From: Phaeosaccion multiseriatum
Lineage: Eukaryota > Protista > Ochrophyta, other classes
Assembly: GCA_965112735.1 (NCBI GenBank)
Contig: OZ218952.1
Span: 4,960,001-5,024,000 of the forward strand
DNA length: 64,000 nt
Reading direction: 5' to 3'
In this document: positions 11,835 to 23,090 of the stretch, in pieces
How positions within the stretch are numbered: position 1 is the first letter of the stretch
Layout: each line of letters begins with the position of its first letter
The notes under the pieces: model-generated
Seen by the model: only the letters and a program-made list of their open reading frames with translations
Database searches by the model: none
What the model was told of the DNA's origin: nothing
Program-made: the position numbers and the translations under genes

Positions 11835-12918
11835 TTATGCCAGGTGGTTCTGCCTGGCCCTAGCTGGGTTGAACTGACCGTGGTAGCGACAGTCGCGCTC
11901 GTCCGGCACGGGCAGACCAAGCATCTCCCTCTCCGCCAGCAGCTGCACGGCCCTTCTGCCCTCCCTCGCCTCCCGCTGTAAACGCCGCACACGGAGGTCC
12001 ATCACCCTCTGCTCCGCCTCTGTCGGCCCTGTCACTCTCTTTCCCTCCTCCTCCCCGTCGGAGGCGTTACGGCTGTTGCTGGTGCTGCTGCTTCTCCTTC
12101 TCTTCCGGTCCTTCTTGTCCGATTTGTGTTTTTTCTTCTTGCTCTTCTTGCTGCTGGTCCGCTCTCGCCTGCTGCCCCCTTGCTCCTCCTCTTTGACTTT
12201 GCTGTGCCGCCGCCGCTGCTTGTCCTCCTCCCTCCCTCCTCCTTCCCCACCACCGCCCACCCCCTCCTCCTTCACCTCTACTTTGGGCTGCCGTAAGTGT
12301 AACTGCGGATGCTGCAGTCGTAACTGTTGGAGGTGGTCCTGTGCATCCAAGTCTGGCTCCTGCTTGGGCTCCAGCTTAGGCCTGATGAGGCCCTGCAGCG
12401 GGTCCGCCCTGTCCTTGCGGCGCTCGTCCCTGTCGAGGGCAAGCTCCGCCACCTCCCCCACCACTGCCCAGTAGGGATGAATGGGGAGGGAGGGGAGGCA
12501 CAAGGGGTTCGAACACACAGGCGCAACGAGAGGTGTTCAGAAGGATATACAACAAGGCCAGGCCCCCTGTCGCCCGCAGTCCAGCGCAGCAGAGCGAGAG
12601 AGATGAGAGGGAGGGAGGGGTAGAGGAGGGAGAGACAACCACGGAATGAACACAAGCAGGTCCAGGCCCTCCAAACATCTGTTGCCATCCCATCCCTGCC
12701 CTTCCCTTCCCTTCCTTCCCCACCTGTCCTTCCCCTGACGAAGGCGGTGGTAGGCCCGTCCATGTGCTCCTGCTTGGTCCGCCTGCACACAGGTGCACAA
12801 AGGCAATGAATGCAAGATAAGACAAGAGGTGGGCAGCCACACTTAAGTAAGCTGACGCAATGTTTCCCCAGCCCCCCTCCAGTAGAAAACAATAGCCTCG
12901 TGTAAGCGGCAGCACGGC

Positions 12919-12957
<39 letters not shown>

Positions 12958-14120
12958 AAAAGAGTCAAAAAGAGGAGCACACCCACATACCTGTACCAGG
13001 GGCCACCCAAACGAGCTGACTCCTCCGCAATGTCGCCCAAGCCCCAGGGGGCCGTGCCGTTTCTGCGTGAGCGGGGGAGAGGGAGAGGGAGAGAGGGCAT
13101 CGAACGGACGGCGGGCATCGGGACGCGAATGGGGAGGGTCAGCGACAACAGCAGTAAGAGCACCAACAAGAGGAGGCGAACACAGCAGCAGCAACAGAAG
13201 AAGAAGAGCTCTTGTACAACAAAACGCACGCGGCTCTTCGAACCGCTCCTCTCCAGCCACTTCCGCCCCCGCTCCTTCCTGTCCCTCCCTCCACAGCCCC
13301 AGCACCGCGCCACACCACACTACACTACACACTGCTGCGGCACGGCACGGCACGTCACGGTCACATCACGTGCACTCAACTCGCCCCCCACCCCCCACCC
13401 CCCACCTCCCACCTCTTTTGCTCGAGCTGCTCCTTCAGCTCCTGCTCCTTCTTATAGTCGGCGTTGCCTTGCACAGTCGCCCTCCGCACGGAGCTGCCTC
13501 CGCCACCGCCCCCCCGCGAGGGCTCCGCTGCAGAGGCCTTCGCCTCCGCCTCTGAGAAGAGGTTGACATGCTCACTCAGCCCCCCCCTACCCCAACCCGC
13601 CCCCACCCCACCTTTCCCGTCGTCGTGCTTGCTTGCAGCCCTCGGCCGCTTCTTACTGCCGCGGTTACCTCCTCCTCCTCCTCCTCCTCCTCCGGCCCAC
13701 TCCCCATCGCCCCCGCCTCCTGCTCCTGCCGCTCCTCTTCCTCCCTCTGCGCCCCCCTGCCTGCCCTTCTTCCCCTCCGCCTTGGCCTTGAGCTGCTCCA
13801 GCCGCCATTCCTGCTCGATGGCGCGCTGCTGCTCGTGCTGCGCCTTGTCCGCCTCTCCCGCAAGGCGCTCGTCTCGCAGCACCTTCTCGATGTTGTCCTG
13901 TAAAAGGGAGGGAGGGAGGGTATAGAGGGCAGGACGGGGCGGCAGAAGGAGAGGGAGGAGTGACGAGGAGAGGCCGGTGAGATCAGAGGAGGATAGCAGG
14001 ACATGGGAGCGGAGGAGGACGTTGTTGCCTCTTCTCTCTTGGAACGGAGGTGTCACCAGCTCGTACCTTCCGCCACACATGCCAAGACTTCTTGGGAAGA
14101 ATGATGAGCCGACCCGACAT
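11835..14120 (-). CDS. LENG1: LENG1-like protein with CIR N-terminal domain, 5 exons
   Basis: Exons 14120-14067, 13897-13413, 13062-12991, 12782-12724, 12463-11835. Motifs IILPKKSWHVWRKDNIEKVLRDE, HVNLF, PWY, DPL, LRVRRLQRE and C-terminal YHGQFNP match LENG1. Confidence 0.85.
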
Positions 14121-14640
14121 CTGAGCAGGACCAGCAAGACGACAATAAACAATAAACAGAGAGGAAGAGAGGAGTAAGGTGAGAAGGGGAAAGATGGAGG
14201 AGGAGGGGGGGGGGGAGGGAGGGGGGCGGGGAGGGGGGCGGGGAGGGGAGAATCTGCTACCACACCTTTGAGCTGAGTTTATTTCCGAGAATAGCACAGA
14301 ATGTATCAACGACTACTCTTTCATTTTTCCTCCTTGCCTACAATTGTTTTGTCTCTGTGCAGCACAAGGAAAGGCCAATAAAGTGAAACTCACACTGCTG
14401 GGTGGGTCGGTCGGTTTGTTCTCATCGTCTTTGAAGGGAAAAGCCATCTTTCTATAGTAGCCTTGAGCCGCTGAGACTTCTCTCGCTCGTAGCTGAGGAC
14501 ATCGCCGCCACCACCAGTGGTCACAGCAGGAGCAGAGCAAGAGGCGGAGGAGAGACGTAGCAACCCGCGATAGGCAGGCAGGGCTCCAGGGAACAGACGC
14601 GGGGCTGTGCCCTTGCCTCTGTGCTGCTGCAGGCGTCGCC

Positions 14641-16414
14641 ATGATGGCCTCGCCACCGAGCTCTGGGCCCTTGTCTCCCGGCTGCAGACGCACCGAGAAC
14701 AGGCTGTCGCGCAATGCCGGCGAGTGGGGAGAAGCCCTCCGAGAGAGAGGCAAGACGCGAGAGGTGGTATGGAGCGCGCTCACGGGGGCACTGGACCTCG
14801 CCAAGGCCGCTGTGAGCTACGATGAGAGCGGCATGCCCGTGGAGAAGGTGCTGCCGTACTACGAGAAGGGTGAGTAGTGCAGTCTAAATTACTTTGGGGG
14901 GGGGGTGAGTCTGTAGTCAGCTGCGCCGGTTCTCTGATGGCGGGGGGGGGGCGGCTACTGCTGCTGCTGCTGCTGCGCGTCAGTGCTGTGGAGGGCTGGA
15001 CGTCAAAACTTCCAAACATCCTCCCTTGAGGCGCTACCTATCCGCTTCTTCCGCCGAGAACACGCCGACCGTCGCCTCCCTGCCCCACCTACCCCACCCC
15101 ACAAACCTCGTCATACCCTACCGTACCCTACCTACCCTACCCTACACTGCGTCGATGAACACCACTACCCTCCCTTCTTCTTCGGCTGCCGACCTGACTC
15201 CTCCCTTGGCCACTCTCTTCCATGCTGCGCTTGTCTTTGCCCCTGTCCTTGCCTTCTCTCAGCGATTCACTCGCTGGACGCTGCTATCCGCCTGCTGCCG
15301 GAGGACGCACTGCAACAGACGGGCCTTGTCGAGCACAGGGACGCCTACTGGGCTAGAACGCTAGGTGCGACTGGGCAGGGGCGCATGGGGAGGACTAGGG
15401 CAGAGGCATATGGGTAGTCAGAGGTAGTGGGCCAGAAGGCTGGGGATGGGCGGGGGCAGCAAGTCGTTTAGGAACGGAGGGACAGAGTAAGAGAGGGAAA
15501 GAGCGAAGTAGGCGCCGTCTTGGCCCGATCTGTCTTGTCTTTCGCTGCTGTTTCCCTCCGTCGCATGATGCTTTGGTTTGTGTCGGGAGGGCGAGGGAGT
15601 AGCCCTGTACCTTCGCCACGTCTTATCCACACTCCTTCCCCTCTCAACACCCTCCACCCTCCCCCATCCACTGCCATCCCCTCCCCTGCCCCTCACCATC
15701 CACTGCCATCCCCTCCCCTGCCCCTCACCATCCACTGCCATCCACTCCTTCCCCTCTCAACACCCTCCCCTCCGCAGTTCTCCGAGCCGCTGTCGCTGGC
15801 GCCAACGCCCCTCCCGCTGCACCCCTTCCCGGGCGGCAGGTCCACCACTCCCCCAGCCCCCGAAGAGCGCCCCCCGGGGACCAGTCCAAAGTGCCCCTTG
15901 AAAACCTTACCCTTGACTCAAATCACCAGATGGAGCGGCCGCCGTCGGAGAGGGTACGCCGACCCTACTGGATGCTGAGAATGCTGAGACAAACAGTGAC
16001 GGAGGGCGGGTACCTCACTGAGCGACTCTTTGTGCCCAAGGGGGTGTGGACACAGGTGGGGGTGAAGCTGGGTGGCTTCTCCTCCAAGACTACTGCGCTG
16101 GCCTCTCTGCTCTTCAACATTATCCAGGAGCTGGTGACGATTCCCCCTCCCTCCGACGCGCTGAGCAGGGCCAAGTGCCTCAAGGCCCTCAAAGGTACGG
16201 CACAGTAACTGTCACAGTAACTGTCACAGTAACTGTCAGCTTCATAAGTCACGAGCATGTAGGGCTTGGCCTAAAGCATCATAAGTCACTGAAGGATGCT
16301 GTCTGTGTCTGTCCACCGGGCCTTGCTTCTTAGGATGATTGAATTTTATTGATTGATTCATTTCATTTCCTTCGGCTCCCGTGTGCGGTTGGGCGGCTGA
16401 TGTCTCCTCGGGGG

Positions 16415-16452
<38 letters not shown>

Positions 16453-17574
16453 TGTGTGTTTGTGTGCTTTGTGAATGCGAGGGCCTATCTGAGTGGAACA
16501 CCCTCGACCAAACCCACTCCCCTCCTCCCCTCCTCCCCTCCTCCCCTCCCCTCCCCTCCCCGCTCCTTGCGTAGCCTTCCGAAGTTTCGATCTGACGATC
16601 GCCCACACACTCCTCTCCTCTCCCCTCCCTCCTCTCCTTCTCTCTCCTCTCCGCTCCCCCCTCTCCTTCCGCAGCCTTCCGTCAGATGGCACAGAAGCTT
16701 CAACTCGACCTGTGCCGGGTCTTCGCCTACCTTCCTTCCCCCTCCACCTCCTCTGTCTCCTCCTCCTCTGCCTCCTCTTCCGACGCACACCGAGGGGGCC
16801 CCGCCCCCATCGGCGGCTCAGCCATCAGCAGCAGCACTAGTAGCAGCGTCAGCAGTGGGCCAGGGGGGGGGGGAGGGGCAGGGGGAGGGGCAGGGGCAGC
16901 CGTAAGCAGCGCTCCTCCGGTGCTCAAGGGCAAGGCGGCCTCTCTGCTGGGCCTCTCTGGCGGCGCCCCTCCTCCTGCCCCGGTGTCCGCCTCGCCCCCG
17001 AAGTCTCAGTTGGGCCGACTCAGTCATATGGTCAAGAGCGTGGGCAGGAACGTGCGCAACTCGGCCGCTGTGGCGTATGAGAAGTTCGGCATGGCCGGCA
17101 AGGTATGGAGGCGGGGCAGGCTTGGAGTTGGGGAGGGAGGGACGGACGGACGGAGGGAGGGAGGGAGGGAGGGAGGCATGGAGGGACGGCCGAACGGACG
17201 GCGGTGAGCCAAACAATACATCATTTCTAACCCCCCCCCCCTCCCCCCTGGGTACTCGCTCACAGGTGGCGGACGACGACGAACTTGTGTACTACGCGCA
17301 GCTCGTGTCTGAGACATGCAGCAAGTGCCAGCTCTTCGACGAGTGGTACGTTGAGCTGGAGAGGGCTAGGGCAGAGGGGGCAGGGGCAGGCTCAGGGGTG
17401 GAGGAGCTGCTGGTGGAGTTGCATATTGTGGCGGACTTTGTGCGGGACTGCGTCATTGACTTGGTGCTAAGGGACGTGGAGCTCCTGCTCGAGCGCTTCC
17501 TCAAGAAGACGAGGAAGGCAGTTACGCGCTTCCACTGGGACGAGGATCACAACCCCCTCGCCGCGGACGACTGA
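14641..17574 (+). CDS. MIT-domain protein of unknown function, 5 exons
   Basis: Exons 14641-14869, 15263-15364, 15778-16194, 16675-17102, 17266-17574 in frame. N-terminal ALDLAKAAVSYDESG..VLPYYEKAIHSLDAAI..HRDAYWAR resembles a MIT three-helix bundle, followed by a conserved-looking RRPYWMLRMLRQTVTEGGYLTERLFVPKGVW block. Confidence 0.7.
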
Positions 17575-18446
17575 GCTTTGTTAGCTTTGGCCTTGGACCT
17601 TCGCCCTCAGTGTCACTTCCGTTTAGATTTTTTTCCTCTCTAAAATACATTCTTGATTATGCAGGGGGATTGATGAAGGAAAAGTAAATATATAGAATCA
17701 CCCACCGCACTTCTCCAAACTCCCTGCAGCAAAGAGATCACTTTGCCTCAACTAAAGTCATATAATATAGCCACCTACAACAATCAATAATCACCATAGC
17801 CACCTACACAATAATCTCCGCCAATCATTGTGGAGCTCCAATCGATGCTTGCCGACTGCTCCCTCCACCGCTGGAGCAGGGCAGTTGGCATCTGTCTCGA
17901 TTCTCGCACACTCCAAGCCGCGACCCTACTCCTGTCTCCGTGGCCCTCCGCCCCCTTTGTCTCTCTCGTTCCTACCGTATACCTTTCCCACTCGTGTAAT
18001 GGAAGGCGAAAAAGGCAGAGCGAGTCTCTCCGCCTCCTCTGTCCCTCCTCCTGCCTGCAAAAGCTTGTCTTGTCTTGTCCTTCGTGTGAGCAAGGCTCTA
18101 CCTGCCGTCCGCCACCCTCGGCCAACATATGTCGCAGCTCCGCGAGTAATTGACGCCCGCTTCGCTTCGCTCCTTGCCAAGCCCAACCATGCCCAACTCC
18201 ACACACAAGCGCCCGTGCTGTGCTGTCCAAAGAAAGCGCCGCCACTGTTTTGCCACCGCCAGCTGTGGCAGCATGCCGTGCCGGGTGTCCAAAGTTGCTG
18301 TCCAAATCACTGAGGGGGGGGGGGATGGTGATATGTGGGAGCAACGCAGAGCCGCGCCCATATGCACACCCACCCACACACGTACCCACCCACCCACCCA
18401 CGCACGCACGCACGCACGCACCCACGCACTGGCTCACCATGCCAAA

Positions 18447-19991
18447 TTATGCCTTTGCGGCAGGCGCGCGTGCTGCTAAGCTCTTCTTCCACTCCGCCCT
18501 CTTGGCCGGTGTGTCCAGCTCCTGCACGGCCCGGGCGAGGGTGACTGCCTCATCTTCGGTCGTCAGCTCGAACTGAACCCAGGACCGCAGCGTCTTGAGC
18601 AGCACAACGTTCTTCACCTGAGAGATCTTTTTGATGTCGCGCACGGCAATTTGGCGTTTGCTGGCCCCGCCCAGTAGGTGCAGCCCCCCTGACCACATGA
18701 TGGACTCCTCTTTGCTGTTGTAGCGAACCCTCCGCTTGTCGCTCTTGGCAATGTTGCTCCGTCTCTTCTTGCGCGCCGCACAGCCGTTGCCCTCGACATA
18801 CATTGTCCTAAACCCCCTCAGTGCGTCCTCCCTGCTCAGACCCTTGAGGATGGCCCCCGACCCGCTGCTGTGCTGGCTGTTGCTGCGGCTGTGCCCCCCT
18901 CCCCGGCCCGTCGAGGAAGACCCGCCTCTCTCGCCTTGCCCCTCCTCTCCCATGTTCATGACGGGCGACGACCCCACTGAGGTGGCCCCTGACTGCAACG
19001 CCTCCCCGTCCTCCATCGGTGAGAAGGCGCTTCCTGCGTCGCCTTGGGCGGGGAAACGCCCGCTGCCGCCCCGACTTGCTGTGGCTGGCCTCGCTTCCGA
19101 ATCCGAGCCTGACGAGCCCGATCCCGAGCTGTACTCCGATCCCGACTCGGAGCCTGAGGAGGACTCGGAGCCGCTGTACGAAGAACCGTCATCATCTTCC
19201 GACTCCTCCACCACCTCCTTCCGCCGCGAGACCTTCGCCTTCGCCGCCATGGGAGCCGCCTTGGGCACAGCCTTGGGCACAGTCTTGGTCACCTTCGTGG
19301 CTTTTGAGGCCGACTTGGGACCCGGCGACTTGGGCGCCGCAGCCTTGGCCTTTGGCACCTTCGTCTTCGCCTTTGGCACCTTAGCCTTCGGCTCAGGCGT
19401 CTTGGTCTTGGCAGCTGCCGCCTTGGGCGCTGCCTTCTTTTTCTGCGTTTTTGGCTGCGGCGCCTGAGGGGGGGCAGGAGACGACGCCCCCTTATTACCG
19501 CTCAGACTGTTAACCAGTCTGTCGACAAGGCCCTCCGGAGCGGCAGCAGCACTTTCTTCATCGGCTACAGACCACCCGCCAGAGCTTCCCAGTGAGCTCT
19601 TCTTCTTCATTTTCCGGCCTCCTTTGGATGACTTGCTGTTGCTGGAGTCACCCCCCCCTCCCCGCTTCCGCTGCTCCACCGGAGTGGGTGTCGTTGCAGA
19701 CTTCAGCGCAAAGCTCTCCGCTCCGCTGCCGGTAGAACCACCCGTGGCAAGACCATTTGAGCTCCAGAAGCCCTTGCCTGCCCCCGTCCCCGTGGAGAGC
19801 GTGTTGCTCCAGAAGTTTGTATTCTTGCTCTGATTGCTATTGAGCCCACTCATGAGGAAGTCCTCCTCGCCCGGCTTCATCGGCGACAGGCCGAGGCCGT
19901 GGCTGGGGCTGGCAGAGGTCAGGGGAAGAGGCGAGACAGCGTCCTCCGCTTGATGACGGCCCCCGCCCCTCCAGCTGCTGAAGTCAGCCAT
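18447..19991 (-). CDS. 514-aa single-exon low-complexity protein with probable C-terminal PH-like domain
   Basis: Long ATG-initiated ORF with Lys/Ala/Pro- and Ser-rich tracts. The last ~90 aa (RRVRYNSKEESIMWSG..QIAVRDIKKIS..VVLLKTLRSWVQFELTTEDEAVTLARAVQEL) have a PH-like pattern of strands plus a terminal helix. Confidence 0.65.
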   Translation of the reverse strand: MADFSSWRGGGRHQAEDAVSPLPLTSASPSHGLGLSPMKPGEEDFLMSGLNSNQSKNTNFWSNTLSTGTGAGKGFWSSNGLATGGSTGSGAESFALKSATTPTPVEQRKRGGGGDSSNSKSSKGGRKMKKKSSLGSSGGWSVADEESAAAAPEGLVDRLVNSLSGNKGASSPAPPQAPQPKTQKKKAAPKAAAAKTKTPEPKAKVPKAKTKVPKAKAAAPKSPGPKSASKATKVTKTVPKAVPKAAPMAAKAKVSRRKEVVEESEDDDGSSYSGSESSSGSESGSEYSSGSGSSGSDSEARPATASRGGSGRFPAQGDAGSAFSPMEDGEALQSGATSVGSSPVMNMGEEGQGERGGSSSTGRGGGHSRSNSQHSSGSGAILKGLSREDALRGFRTMYVEGNGCAARKKRRSNIAKSDKRRVRYNSKEESIMWSGGLHLLGGASKRQIAVRDIKKISQVKNVVLLKTLRSWVQFELTTEDEAVTLARAVQELDTPAKRAEWKKSLAARAPAAKA

Positions 19992-19993
19992 GC

Positions 19994-20031
<38 letters not shown>

Positions 20032-20896
20032 TCCTCCTCCTCGAAAGCGCCTCAGGCCTTCTAAGAGAACAGAAAAGATTTGGCACGCGACTTTTCTTCG
20101 CCCCCCACCACGTCCTACTCTGGCAGCCCCTGCCTTTGGAGCAGCCTCGCACGACTACTGCTTACTGCTTACCCCGCTGCCAGAAGTGGCCTTCCGGCTT
20201 CCCTCCCCCACCCACGTGAATATGTACGTTTGGATTTTTTTGACCCCGAAGAGGTCCCGAGGCCGTCCTCGTACTTTCCCACAGCACAGCTGCACGGGAA
20301 AGGAAGCGCGGCGGCAAATGCCTTGAGCTTCTTCCCTGTATACTCCTGCTAGCCTTTCCTCCTTCTGCTCCAGGTCGATCTGCTGCTACTTTTCCAAAGT
20401 GCGCACAGGCAGGCCCGCTCACTGTCATCATTTGGAAGAGTATGGAAAGTATGTAAGGGGTCCCAAAAAACTAAATTTTCCAAATGTTCTTTTCTTTGGC
20501 TTTTTCGGCTTGCCAACCCCACAAACAAGCCTTCAGCCACACCAAGGGACACAACATGATGCCGCAAAAATTGCCACAGGAACACGTACCGGTACGTCAT
20601 CAGAGCTCTTACCCCTCCTCCCTCCTTCGACCTCCTGCTTCTTCTCCGTCCTTTTCGACCGATCCCACGCTCTCGTCCTTTCACCACCCCACTTGAATCA
20701 ATGAAGGCTTTGGTCATCCGAATCATCCCGCAAAACATTTGTGAAGGAAAGAGAGCCCACTCAATTAGGAAAGAAGAAAGGTTTAGAGACACCCAAACCC
20801 CAGACTTTAGCGACGAGTTTGAACATGCGCATCGTGATGCGTGGCGTTGCCTATCAAGTTCAGTTCGATGGCCCTGCAGCGTGCAGCGTGCAGCGT

Positions 20897-22094
20897 TCGG
20901 CCCCTGACATGCTTCTGAGGCGACCCTGCTTCCTGCTTCTTGCCGGCGCCAGCCAGAGGGCCTGCTTCCTGCTTCTGGGCTGGCCTCTCTCAGCCAGAAG
21001 CATGTCAGGGGCCGACCTGTAATCAGATAATCTTGTCCAGGGTCGACTCCCTCCCTCCCTCCCTCCCTCCCTGCCTGCCTGCCTCCCTCCCTCCCTCCCT
21101 CCCTGCCTGCCTGCCTGCCTCCCTCCCTCCCTCCCTCCCTCCCTCCCTCCCTCCCTCCCTCCCTCCCTCCCTCCCTCCCTCCCTCCCTCCCTCCCTCCCT
21201 CCCTCCCTCCCTCCCTCCCTCCCTCCCTCCCTCCCTCCCTCCCTCCCTCCCTCCCTCCCTCCCTCCCTCCCTCCCTCCCTCCCTCCCTCCCTCCCTCCCT
21301 CCCTCCCTCCCTCCCTCCCTCCCTCCCTCCCTCCCTCCCTCCCTCCCTCCCTCCCTCCCTCCCTCCCTCCCTCCCTCCCTCCCTCCCTCCCTCCCTCCCT
21401 CCCTCCCTCCCTCCCTCCCTCCCTCCCTCCCTCCCTCCCTCCCTCCCTCCCTCCCTCCCTCCCTCCCTCCCTCCCTCCCTCCCTCCCTCCCTCCCTCCCT
21501 CCCTCCCTCCCTCCCTCCCTCCCTCCCTCCCTCCCTCCCTCCCTCCCTCCCTCCCTCCCTCCCTCCCTCCCTCCCTCCCTCCCTCCCTCCCTCCCTCCCT
21601 CCCTCCCTCCCTCCCTCCCTCCCTCCCTCCCTCCCTCCCTCCCTCCCTCCCTCCCTCCCTCCCTCCCTCCCTCCCTCCCTCCCTCCCTCCCTCCCTCCCT
21701 CCCTCCCTCCCTCCCTCCCTCCCTCCCTCCCTCCCTCCCTCCCTCCCTCCCTCCCTCCCTCCCTCCCTCCCTCCCTCCCTCCCTCCCTCCCTCCCTCCCT
21801 CCCTCCCTCCCTCCCTCCCTCCCTCCCTCCCTCCCCCCCTCCCTCCCTCCCTTGCTTCCGTCCTTCCCTCCCTCCCTCCCTCCTTCCTTCCGTCCTTCCC
21901 TCCCTCCCTCCTTCCTTCCGTCCCTCCCATCTTCCTTCCTCCCTTCCTTCCCTCCCTCCATCCCTCCCTCCCTCCCTCCCTTGCTTCCTGCTTCTGGCCG
22001 GCGCCAGACGGCCTGCTTCCTGCTTCTGGCCGGCGCCAGCCGGCCTGCTTCCTGCTTCTGGGCTGGCCTCTCTCAGAAGCATGTCAGGGGCCGA
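20897..22094. mobile_element. non-autonomous inverted-repeat (MITE-like) element filled with (CCCT)n
   Basis: Perfect 23-bp terminal inverted repeat (TCGGCCCCTGACATGCTTCTGAG 20897-20919; CTCAGAAGCATGTCAGGGGCCGA 22072-22094). CAGCGT flanks both sides (20891-20896; 22096-22101). An internal ~90-bp block is duplicated on both sides of the CCCT tract. Confidence 0.65.
21047..21980. repeat. ~0.9-kb (CCCT)n microsatellite
   Basis: Near-perfect CCCT array, pure from about 21117 to 21832 with degenerate edges. Confidence 0.97.
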
Positions 22095-22648
22095 TCAGCG
22101 TGTGGAGGCCTAACAAACTGAAACTCCTGTTCCTTACGTGAGGGCCATCCGGGTCTTACATAAGGGTGTCTTGCATCGCCGAGTTGAGCAGTATTGGTTA
22201 CGCGTCCCAGGTAGGGGTGGGTAAGGGGAGTGCAACAAGACCCTCATTAGTTAGTGGCACTGCACTACGCCAATCGCCTTCTAAGTGTCTCGGAGATGAG
22301 TCGGATGGGCGGCGAATGGGCACAGAGGCTGACACCAGCCTCCCTCCCAGCCACCAGCCACGGGGTACAATTAGCGTTGGTACAAAATGGTACGGTTCTT
22401 ATCATAACGCTATCCAACACTTCTAGACACCGCCTCTGCTGCTGCTGCTGCTGGGACTTGAAAACTAACCCTAACCCCACCCCCCTGTGTACGTAAGGCC
22501 CAAACTAGGCCTCCTTCCTTACTATCATCCACCCGACTCTCCACCCGACACCCACCATTTCCAACACAAAGACCGCCACGCCTCCTTTCTCTTATTTCCA
22601 ACTTAATACTTGTAAATAGTGATGTTGAACCTAAAGAAACAAAGAAGA

Positions 22649-23059
22649 TTAAAGCTCCCCCTGGCCGAACTTGGCCAACACATCCTCCCCTGTGAGCCGC
22701 TGGTACGCCACGCCGCCCACCACCGCCAGCACCAGCAGCACTATCACGGTGCGGAGCAGCTGTGAGGGCCGGGGGGGGGGGGCGCAGGAGGCAGGCAGCA
22801 GCAGGCGCAGCAGCGGAGTCAGGGAGGGAAGCGTGCCAAACAAGACAAACATGATGGACGACGGAGCAGGGAAGGGGCTGAGGGCAAGGCGTATACTTTA
22901 GCGAGCACGCCTTCGCTAGGCGCGTGGTGACAGGCCAAGCGAACCCGGCTCCAGCGACGCCGTCCGCTTCGCTCTCCCCCTCTCCCCTCCCGATCCGAGC
23001 CACTGCCACGCACCCACAGCAACGTATCCACACAGCCACGCACTCACAGAAGCACGCGC

Positions 23060-23090
<31 letters not shown>

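Noticed and set aside
17600-18440. 218-aa and 161-aa ORFs between two convergent genes
   Set aside because: They include translated microsatellites and no motifs; probably UTR or intergenic.
20349-22121. Long ORFs of 312-577 aa (GGRE/PPSL repeats)
   Set aside because: They are translations of the stop-free (CCCT)n tract in several frames, with no coding signature.
22150-22250. Weak inverted complementarity suggesting a structured ncRNA
   Set aside because: Pairing is imperfect and no snRNA, snoRNA or SRP motif is recognisable; an Rfam covariance search would be needed.
22463-22476. CTAACCCTAACCC telomere-like word
   Set aside because: Only two units, which is expected by chance in a repeat-rich sequence.
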